DNA of 34,944 nucleotides, from contig JNEM01008454.1 in the NCBI GenBank assembly GCA_000697335.1, positions 1 through 34,944 on the forward strand. Reading direction: 5' to 3'. The notes under the pieces were generated by a model that searched no databases, was not told the origin of the DNA, and saw only the letters and a list, made by a program, of their open reading frames with translations. The translations under genes were made by a program, and so were the position numbers. This DNA comes from Conidiobolus incongruus B7586 (Eukaryota). This document shows positions 1 to 10,190 of this stretch, piece after piece; the first letter of the stretch is position 1; each line of letters begins with the position of its first letter.

Positions 1-484
1 GGGACAAGAGTTATTTGAGTATTATCCCAATGCTGATTGGATCGAGTTCAAATATCCTTGGGTGGATATCTTTGGTGATCGTTATAAGCATCGTCTTCTT
101 CTCTACAGAGTATTGAGGTCTCTACATACTTTTATCTTACTGGGACTCATTACTCTCGTATCATTTTTAAGTCAATATTTAAATACTCTAGCTATATTGC
201 TAGAGAAATCCGAATACATTTCCCCCAACTATTTATTTGGTATTATAGCAGCGGTAGCAGGAGTAATAGGTACTATAATGTTGGCGTATTTAAAACGTCA
301 GCACAAGAAGATGATTCAGAGTTTGAAGAATAACCGAGACAAAATGAAGTATTGGATGTATCCATTTAACATGAGCACAACGGATTTTGCTAATATTGGA
401 AGACAATCCATCGAACCACCTCCTATTGCACTGTTGGATATAAAAAGTTTAGATACCCTTCCCAAAGAACAAAATTTCAACTAG
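1..484 (+). CDS. 3' end of a gene for an unknown protein with two hydrophobic, probably transmembrane, segments (partial, runs off the window)
   Basis: The frame is open from position 2 (GQELFEYYPNADWIEFKYPWVDIFGDRY...) to TAG at 482-484. It has two hydrophobic stretches (FILLGLITLVSFLS; YLFGIIAAVAGVIGTIMLAYL followed by basic KRQHKK) and coding-like GC. No family recognised. Confidence 0.6.
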   Translation, partial: GQELFEYYPNADWIEFKYPWVDIFGDRYKHRLLLYRVLRSLHTFILLGLITLVSFLSQYLNTLAILLEKSEYISPNYLFGIIAAVAGVIGTIMLAYLKRQHKKMIQSLKNNRDKMKYWMYPFNMSTTDFANIGRQSIEPPPIALLDIKSLDTLPKEQNFN

Positions 485-702
485 CTATGACTTATTGCAT
501 GAATAACAAGTGAAAAATAATCACTCAGTTAAATACATCATAACGTCAAAATCACTTTATTCTAATTATGAATAAAAATAAAAATCAATTTTTGAAATAA
601 GCCACAAGGTATTCACTCCAAATTAATTTTTACCAGGTGAAATGATTTTTAATAAATTAAATTCTTATCAAATTCAATTTTTATCATATCTAATATTAAA
701 TT

Positions 703-1669
703 ATGAAAATATATAATATATTGTATTACTCAAATTTTCACAGTATTAGCAAATAACAATGCAACCTGTAGACAAATTGTAATTAGAAAAGAATTAAGAC
801 AATTGAGCACCTCTGAATTAAATCGATTTAAATCTGCTTTGAATAAACCTCATAATACAAAACTAAGCAATGGAGATTATTTATTAGACTACTTTACTAA
901 AATCCATATAAACATGTATAAAAAAGTCCATGGCACCATCGTCTTCTTTCCTCGGAATAGTCATTTTGCACATTTATGAAAAAGACTTAAAAATTGATCC
1001 AACCATCGTGATAACATATTGGGATTGGACTCTAGATTCAGACGATCCTGGCCAAAGCATTGTCTTAAGAGATTCATACTTCGGAGGAGATGGTGATAAA
1101 AATCATGATAACTATGTTAAAAATGATCCTTTTAAGGACCGGATCATGAAATATCCTGAACCGCATTGCTTAAGAAGGAACTTTATGAAGACAGTCAATG
1201 GAAAGGATTATAAGAGGGAATCTGGGTCATTTCCTTCTTGGTAGATCATCCGAAAGGGATTGAGTCTAGTACATTATTTTCACAGTTCACAAAAGTAACC
1301 AATTTATTACATAGCCATATTCATAACAACTTACGAGGCATTCATGGAGATTTACTCTCTAAAGACAGTCCAAATGATCCTATAATTTTTCTTCACCATT
1401 CATTTGTAGATTATATTTGGTTTAAATGGCAAAAGCAATACCCCAATATGCTTCAATATTAAGGTTCAACTTTTAATGTTACAGTGAGTGAAAATGATGC
1501 ACTTGAATTTGGAGAAAAGCCAAGTGATATAGCACGTGATACTTATAATACAACTAAATATCCATACTGCTATGCTTTCGAAATTAAAATTAAGTCGAAA
1601 TCATATATTCTACCAAGTCAAAGGATCACTGATAATGATTTCATTTCATTAAATCCATTTTTGAAATAA
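703..1669 (+). pseudogene. Disrupted secreted tyrosinase / di-copper-centre protein gene
   Basis: Joining frames gives C-RQIVIRKELRQLS..LNRFKSAL, KIH..KVHGTIVFFPRNS (CuA region; consensus FLPWHR decayed to FFPRNS), YWDWTLDS, FGGDG, PHCLRRNF, HSHIHNNL, SPNDPIIFLHHSFVDYIWFKWQ (CuB), and a YCY motif. Frameshifts lie near 721, about 965 and about 1240, with in-frame TAA at 1460-1462 and 1667-1669. No intron restores the frame. Confidence 0.85.
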
Positions 1670-2276
1670 AGTTAATTGAAATAAACCATACATCAAAAGC
1701 AACTTCAAGTGTATCTTCAGCTAACATTACATGAACAACTTATTTCATTCAAATATTATAGTTTGGAACAATTTAATAAATAAAAATTATCATATAATCA
1801 TAAAAATAATTACACCAATCCAGTCAATTCAATTATTATATAATATGTATTGTATTCTATTATATCTAAAATTAATTTACCAAATACACTCATCTCTCCT
1901 AAATAAATAAACAATTGAAGTTTTAAACTGACTTTCCTCATATTCTTTTTCATTATATAATGCAATAATTATAATTATTAGTTTATTAAAAATCCATAAT
2001 ATAATGAATTTGAATCTGTGAAAGAATTTAAACATCAAATTATTATATATGAGAGGAATTAATATAATGTTTAATTTCAACAATAATCAATCCCACAAAT
2101 TACAATTTGAAAATTGAACTATAAAAATAAGAAAACTCTGAATATTCAAAATCACTGTAAACTCACCAAATTAATTTAAATAGATAATTATAAACTTTAA
2201 TCTTTAATAAATTTAATAGAAATACAATTCTTTAAACAACACACTAGGCATACTAACATAAATTCATTTATACAAC

Positions 2277-3795
2277 ATGGGTAAAGGGAAAAAAGAAAAG
2301 AATAGAATTGCCAAGACCGCCACTGGTAACAATGAAACTCCTGCTAACACCAGATTAAAGGGGGAAAATTTCTACCGTGATAAAAGTAAAGTCAAATATT
2401 TGAATATGCTGAAATCCGGAAGAGCTGTGCGTGATAAAGATGGTAAAATTATCAAAGCCGCAGCTTTTCAAAGTAGAGAGGCTCCTGTTGCCCGTGTTGC
2501 TCCCAACAGGAAATGGTTTGGTAACACTCGAGTTATTGGACAAGAAGCTTTGGATCGCTTCAGAGAAAAAATGGGTAACAAAATCCACGATCCCTATCAA
2601 GTTCTATTAAAGCAAAGCAAACTACCTCTCAGTTTATTGACCGAATCTACCAAGGTATTATATATCCAACATTTTTTATTACCTAATATTAATGTTAGTG
2701 AAATTTAGATTAGTCGTGTTCATATGTTAGAATCCGAGACCTTTGCCAATACCTTCGGTCCTAAAGCTCAGAGAAAGAGACCAAAGGTTCTTCAAGGATC
2801 TGTTGATGAATTGGCCACCAGCGTTAACGAGTCTGCTGAATTATACGATGATCAAAAAGATCAGAATCTTGTTGTTAACAAGGAAATCGTCAGCATTGAA
2901 GAGTCTAAAGAGACTGTATTTTCTAAAGGTCAATCAAAGAGAATCTGGAACGAATTATATAAAGTCATTGATTCCTCCGATGTTATTTTGCATGTTCTTG
3001 ATGCCCGTAATCCCTTGGGAACTAGATGCCATAATGTTGAGACTTATCTCAAGAAGGAATGTCCCCACAAGCATCTTGTCTTTATTTTGAACAAGTGTGA
3101 TCTTGTTCCTGACTGGGTTACTTCCAAATGGGTTGCACACTTATCCCAAGAATATCCCACTTTAGCTTTCCATGCCAGCATCAATAATTCTTTCGGTAAA
3201 GGTTCCTTAATCCATCTTTTGAGACAATTTAGCTCTCTCCACTCTGATAAAAAGCAGATCTCTGTCGGTTTAGTAGGATATCCTAACACCGGTAAATCAA
3301 GTATCATCAACACCTTGAAGAAAAAGAAGGTATGTAACGTTGCTCCTTTACCTGGTGAAACAAAAGTCTGGCAATATATCACCTTAATGAAGAGAATATA
3401 TCTCATCGACTGTCCTGGTATTGTTCAGCCTTCTTCAGAAGATACAGAAACCGATATCGTATTGAAGGGTGTTGTCCGCGTAGAAAATGTTAAAAATCCT
3501 GAAGACTATATTCAAGGTGTCTTGGATCGCGTTAAGCCTATTTACATTACCAGAACATACAATGTTCAGCATTGGGATGATCACGTTGATTTCTTGAGTC
3601 AGGTAGCTAATCAAACTGGTAAATTATTGAAAGGAGGTGAGCCTGATTTAAGTACCGTTGCTAAAATGATTTTGAATGATTGGTTAAGAGGAAAGATTCC
3701 ATTCTTTACCCCCCCTCCAAACATGCACCCATCCAAGGATGCTTCAGCAACTAATGAAGCTCAAGAGAATATAGAATCAGCCAATGAGTCACAAA

Positions 3796-3827
<32 letters not shown>

Positions 3828-3866
3828 AATGTAGATGATAAAGAGAATGAAGAGGATGAAGAATAA
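2277..3866 (+). CDS. NOG2: Nucleolar GTPase Nog2/GNL2 (60S biogenesis, circularly permuted GTPase). Exons 2277-2654 and 2709-3866; about 511 aa
   Basis: NGP1NT N-terminus ([22 protein letters not shown]), [21 protein letters not shown]4 NKCD, G1 [10 protein letters not shown]3 [15 protein letters not shown]. The intron 2655-2708 (GTATTA...TTTAG) joins the two ORFs in frame. Confidence 0.96.
3798..3827 (+). repeat. (GAT)10 microsatellite encoding poly-Asp in the Nog2 acidic tail
   Basis: Ten perfect GAT units read directly from the sequence. Confidence 0.95.
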
Positions 3867-4805
3867 TATATTCTCTTATAAAACATATTTTTTATATAGA
3901 CATAATTTTACAATACATACATACATATATAACTTATTTTTTTGTTCTTATAATCAAGAGATTTTAATAAAACTAGTATTTCTCTAACTACATATCTATA
4001 TATATTATACTTTATCAAAATTAATTCTAAATGAAATAGTGACTTTAATATACATTTTGTAAAATTTTTTATCTGTTTATAACATATATTAATACAAATA
4101 ATGTATTTAGCACAATATTATTAATATTGAATTAAACTTAAATGTTCTTTAATTATATCCAAACGAATTTAAAGGATTTCAATTTAATATTTGAATTTCA
4201 TTTGATAAAATATTGTAAAATTAATAGGATTTAATCTGAATTGTAAAATCTTCATAATTTTTAATCAAATATTAGAATTATTTTATCTGTGATTTTGCAA
4301 TTTTTGTATCCAGCATTGAATTTGACATAATACTAAAAAAAGTTTAATTTATCGCAATTTATCATAATATATAATATATAACAAGAGAAACTTGTTATTT
4401 AAATATTCAATATAATTAAGATCAAATTTTATCTAGTAATCAAGTTATTTACATGATTAATATTGTTCTCAAATTTATTTTCTAGAACTTGTTAGACTAG
4501 CGCTTATGCTTTGATCACAAATTATTATATTGTTAATATTAAAAATAGTTCATTTTAATAGTCTTAATTAATAAATTTTATATAATATTTTTTAAATTAA
4601 CAAATTCAATGTATTATTTAAATTTGGCTATAGTTATAAATTTCATTAACCAAAGATGTATGTTAATTTGTAACTATATAGTCAAAAATCTTGAATAATT
4701 TTAGGTTTTACCACCATAAATATCCCATAAGTTTAATAAACAAAATTCAACAATAAGTATATCTAATCCCAATCTGAAAAAAAGTATAATAAAGAAACAT
4801 TAATA

Positions 4806-7061
4806 ATGATTATAAATAAAATTCAAAAATCAGTTTCTAACTGCTCAAAATCAAAAATTTTTATTAAAACCTCAAAATTTGGCGTTTCAAAAGGTAAATA
4901 ATATATTGATTCTTTACTGATATTATGACTTATATATTTGAAGCCTTTTTTAGTAATATTGCCAATACTGATGCATGGCTTTATTTATTATCCAATGCGA
5001 CTTCAAATAAGTTTCATCATTATAGAGTTGATTCTGAAAATAAAATTTACTACGACACTGTTCCAATAGAAAATAAAGGTAAATTTTATAATAATATTTC
5101 TTTATTTGATATTATATTTCAATTAATAATTCATGCTAGACTCATCAAAATTGATAATTTCCTCTCCTGAATATCGGCCAATACCCGATGATCCTCCTTC
5201 AATTGAAAAATTCATTAATACCGCAGCCAATAATACTACAAACTTACTATTGACAGAAAGCTGTCATCAGTTATTTGGCTCACGATACTTATCTTACTCA
5301 CATAACTATAATACTAGGAACACCATTGAAAATACTTTTTTATTATTTAATGCCCAAAATATGTCAGCCAATCAGAGTAACTTGATGGATATCATTCAAA
5401 ATGTCTCTAAAGACAATTTTGTAGGGGCATTGACCCCTGAAGAGCTTAAAGAACTAAATGCCAAAGTCACTGAACTAATCAAGCAAAAGAAATTCATCAA
5501 AAGAGTGACTGTTCCAACCACAATTGACTCTAGTGTTCTTACTCATCCAGCTGACAGATTAAAACTGGATCAATTAAAATTGATCCCTAATTCCAATGTG
5601 AATCTATACCAAATTAACAATTCCATTGGTATCTTTGACGATCTTCTCCTAGTCAATTCAAGATCACTTCACTCTGTCATGCTGATTTCAAGCGAAAGAA
5701 TCCAAGCTTCTGAAGGTACTCTTCAGACTGATGCCAAATTCACAAGAATTTATGGCGCAGGATTCACTTCTTATGATTCAAAGAAAAAGTGGGAAGAGCA
5801 GCGAAAACAGGCTCAAGAGAGGGATCATCGATTGATTGGAAAGAAGCAGGATTTGTTCATGGTGCATCCTTATAGTCCAGGTGCCCCCTTTTTCCTGCCT
5901 CATGGCACCAGAATCATTCACAAGTTACAAAGCTTCTTAAGACATAAATATCAAGAATATGGTTTTGAAGAAGTAATGACACCCATATTGTTTAAGAAAG
6001 ACTTGTGGAAGATATCAGGTCATTGGGATAACTATAAAGATGACATGTTTTTATTGGAATCTCACGAATCAAGCCCTTGCGATCATTCTCATGAAAACTC
6101 GCACTCCATTGGATTGAAGCCAATGAACTGCCCAGCACATTGTTTAATTTACTCTAGCCAACCTAGAACTTACAAGGATCTGCCCATTCGCTTCGCTGAT
6201 TTTGGTGCTTTGCACAGAAATGAGGCTACTGGAGCTCTTTCTGGTTTAACTAGAGTTAGACAATTCCATCAAGATGATGGGCATATCTTTTGTACCAGAG
6301 ATCAAGTTCAAGCTGAAATCTCCAAATCTTTAAAGATGTTGGATACTGTTTACCAAGCATTAACTTTCAAAGATTACAATCTCACCTTATCCACTCGTCC
6401 TCTAACACATTACATGGGCGAATTAAGCGAATGGGAAGAAGCTGAACGCGCATTAACTAGTGCTTTAAATGATACTGGAAGAAAATGGACCATAAAGGAA
6501 GGTGATGGCGCCTTTTATGGCCCCAAGATTGATATCATGGTCAATGACGCGCTGGGACGCTCGCATCAAACAGCCACTATTCAGCTCGATTTCCAACTGC
6601 CACAGCGATTCCAACTCGAGTACCAAAACCAGTCAGGCTCTTATTCTCGACCAGTTATGGTTCATCGTGCTATTTTCGGATCCATTGAAAGATTGCTTGC
6701 TATATTGATGGAGCACAACTCTGGTAAATGGCCATTCTGGCTCAGTCCCCGCCAGGCTCTTATCTGTCCCCTTCCGCTCTCGCACATCAGCGACTATGCC
6801 ATAGAAGTACATTCCAAACTTAAGTTCCCTGGATTTCCATATCCTTCCTATCACATCGACATTGATTTAAGCAACAATTCTCTTTCCAAAAAGATCCGCA
6901 ACGGTCATCAAGCTAGATACAACTATATGATTGTGATTGGTGAGAAAGAAGTCGAAACCAATACTATTGCCATCAAAACTAGAGATGGAGTTGATTTAGG
7001 ATCACATACTATTGAAAGTTTACTTGAACTATTTCAATCTAATGAAAGACAGTTTTTATAA
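4806..7061 (+). CDS. MST1: Mitochondrial threonyl-tRNA synthetase. Exons 4806-4893, 4944-5078, 5140-7061; about 714 aa
   Basis: Class II ThrRS motifs RDHRLIG, SGHWDNY, LKPMNCPAH, RNEATGALSGLTRVRQFHQDD, GAFYGPKID, TIQLDFQLP, HRAIFGSIER, GKWPFWLSPRQ. Two GT-AG introns (4894-4943, 5079-5139) add a K/S-rich, acid-free N-terminus (MIINKIQKSVSNCSKSKIFIKTSKFGVSKAFFS) typical of a mitochondrial presequence. Confidence 0.9.
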
Positions 7062-7458
7062 ACTTATTTATTGAATGTAAAATGAACTAGTTGAAATGAT
7101 TTTATATTAAAATATAAAATAGATTGATAAATATCTAATCATTTTTATATTTAATTTTAATGTCAATATCAATTTTCATATTCTATTCATTTAGTTTTAA
7201 TAAATAATAATTTATTATATATATTCAGATTGATTCCAAACAACCTTATTTTTTTGTTATTGCATATTAAAACTATTACTCTTCTTAATATGAATTGACA
7301 ACATATAAATTTTTAAACCATATAAACTTTGACTTGTTTGACATAAATATATATTACTGATTCTGATGTAATCTTTATTGTCCCATAATCTAATTTAGTT
7401 TAACCATTATAGATTTATTTTAATAATGTCAGTCATAATAAAAATATTAATTTTCAAG

Positions 7459-9984
7459 ATGCTTTATCCTTATGCTTTTAATGGAAAAAACAACTATTTT
7501 TCGCCTGGAGAAAATATCTATGGATCTGGACCAATTAATCAATTGAAGAATTCAAAGAAATCCATTTCATTTAAAGGGTTCAATAGTAAATATATTCTTC
7601 CTTTATTTGTTAATTTAATATCTAATATTATTTTTTTTGATTTATTAGCCCCTGTTTCTTTACCAAACGATTATTTTCATGAATGTTTGTTGAAGCTAAA
7701 TCAAGCGCTTGACACAATCCTTGAGAGTTCACAGCCCCCTGAAAGTCTTCAAAATTTATATCAAGTAAACCTTTTAACATTTTATTTTTTTTATTTATTC
7801 ATAATTCTTCTAGTTATGTCAAATTTTATGCCGGAATAAGCAAGGAGAAAATATATATCAACGTTTAGAGCAAGTATTTGAAACTTCTTCAAGAGAAAGA
7901 CTCCAAATTGCTTTAAGGTATAATAGTTATCATGAATATATTATATATTTATTAAACTGTCAATTTAGAAATGTAGATTCTCAAAATTTTCTGTTGGATT
8001 TCAATAAAGAATGGAAGGTGTATCAACAACAAACCAAAATAATTAATATCATTTTCTCATATTTGGATCAAACTCAAATTCCTAAAACATCTCAATTTAT
8101 GCCACTGTCTAAATTAGCCCTATATAAATTTAATCAGACCCTTCAAAATGATTACAATTGTAGGGATAAAATTTATCAAAGCTTAATTCAGGCAATTTTT
8201 CAACTCAAGTCTGGGAAATCTATCGAAAGAGAGCCTGTTCAAAATCTCCTTGAAATGCTTATTCTTTTAAACATTTATCAGAACAAATTTGAAAATGAGT
8301 TATTATCGCATACTAGAAAATTTTACCAAACTCAATCGATGGAGAAATTATCAACATTGTCTTTGAAGCAATATATCCAATATGTCGAGAATGTTTTAGA
8401 ACAAGAAAAGGAGTTTATTACAAACTATTTACACGGTCAAACTGAGAAACCCATTCTCAATATACTCTTTTCAGAACTTATTAAACATCATGGCCCAGAA
8501 ATTGTTCGCAACCCAGGGTTCAATTTACTTCTTAATGATTTTGATCCCGATCTGATGAAGAATCTATATTCCTTATACAAGGATGTGAAAATGTTGGATA
8601 TTCTTCAAAATGCACTTTGTGAATCCATCACTAGTCATATTTCTACTATCATTCAAAATATTTCCAAAGAACCAAATGTAATTCATCAATTAATGTGGTT
8701 GAATAATATTAGCATGAAATATCTAACACAAGCAATGGAACAAAATTCCAACGTATATGATGCTATTAAGAAATGCTTTACAAAATCACTACGTAATCAA
8801 TCTGTTACTATTGCTGAAAAACTATGCGATTATTTCCACAATTTCTTGACAAACTCAGAAAAGGTATCACCAGATTTATCACCAGAGCAAATAATCGAAA
8901 ATGGGATCCAGTTATTTAGACTCAACGAATCCAAAGATATATTCAAGGATCTTTATCGCCATCAACTTGCAAATCGATTAGTAAGCGATCGAATCATTCA
9001 TCTAGATTTGGAGCAGAAAATGGTGGATCACCTTCGCGAAGTGAGTGATCTAGATTTTATACATAATCTTGAAGGAATGCTACGTGACATCAATACTTCG
9101 CAAGAGCTTACTAATCAATTTAAACAATTTGATAAGAGCTCAATATTACTAGAATTGCAGTTTGATTTTAAAATTTTCTCATCATATAATTGGCCAAATC
9201 ATCCTACTGTAGATTTTACTTTACCTCGTCAACTTACACTATTGCATTAACAGTTTGAACGATTTTATTCTCAAAAATATCCAGATAAGAAACTTTCATG
9301 GCTCTACACCCTCGGAAACTGTCAAATTCAAGCCATTTTTACTAACGGACCTAAGGAATTCACAACCAATTGCTTCCAAGCTTCCATTCTTGTCTTATTT
9401 GATGAACTAAACCGAGATGAATTGAGCTACTCTGAGATTAGTCAACATACAAATATTCCCTCTAATGAGTTAGATCAATCATTAGAAAGTTTGAGCAGTG
9501 GATCTGATCCTATTCTCTTAAAAAATAATTCAGTAAGTAGTTAATCTTATTAGATAATTGACTTGACCTAATATATTATCCTGTAGTTTAATTCATCGTT
9601 AGATTCTTGTATATTCCGTATCAATGACAATTTTACTAACCAATCTCACCATATTAAAATCAATGATATGAAAGATTTAAAAGAAGTAAACTATTATTCT
9701 TTTTAATTGGATCATTATTAATTTTATATTTCTAGAAGCCTGTTAAGCTAGAAATTAAGCATAAAGCATTTTTAGATCGCCAATATCAAGTCGATTCTGT
9801 TTTAATTAGAATGATGAAAAATATTACTAGTTGTAAGATTACTCAACTGGAGGCTGAATTAAATCGAGCTCTTCCATTTACTATTTCCAAAGCTCAGTTT
9901 GATGAAAGAATTCAATATCTGGTAGATAAAGGCTATCTTGAATTTTTGGAAGAAGATCCTTCTACTATCATTTATATTCCATAA
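7459..9984 (+). CDS. Divergent CUL4-like cullin with one internal in-frame TAA (9248-9250, codon about 543 of 753); possibly a recent pseudogene. Exons 7459-7585, 7649-7764, 7814-7917, 7969-9532, 9587-9685, 9736-9984
   Basis: CUL4-type N-terminus (KKSISFKGFNTPVSLPNDY...LQNLYQLCQILC). Cullin homology domain (KDIFKDLYRHQLANRL...LEGMLRDI, WP, FERFYSQKYPDKKLSWLYTLG). Neddylation/WHB domain DRQYQVDSVLIRMMK...IQYLVDKGYL. All five introns are GT-AG and frame-consistent. An alternative start at 7426 is possible. Confidence 0.85.
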
Positions 9985-10190
9985 TTTAATCAATATATCC
10001 ATTTATATTGATTAATTGAATTTCTGTAATCAATACTTATATGATATTAAACCTTGATCGAACTCAATAAAAAAACATATTTTTAATCTGATGAATATGA
10101 TTAAAATATAATGTAAAAAAATATTAATTTATTTTGAGATTGAATTCTTCATAAAAACTTTAAACATAGAGCAAGGAAATATATAATATA

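Noticed and set aside
1877..2083. 68-aa minus-strand hydrophobic ORF
   Set aside because: TTG start, composition dictated by AT-richness, and no motif.
2355..3406. Antisense and alternative-frame ORFs within NOG2, and likewise within ThrRS, typA and the NF1-like gene
   Set aside because: They are short, lie wholly inside conserved genes and carry no motifs; such ORFs are expected by-products of coding sequence.
1460..9250. In-frame TAA codons in both the tyrosinase and the cullin suggesting TAA reassignment (e.g. to Gln)
   Set aside because: NOG2, ThrRS, MED17, typA, cytochrome c and the NF1-like gene all end in TAA at the expected positions, and thousands of conserved codons contain no internal TAA. 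The tyrosinase also has frameshifts.
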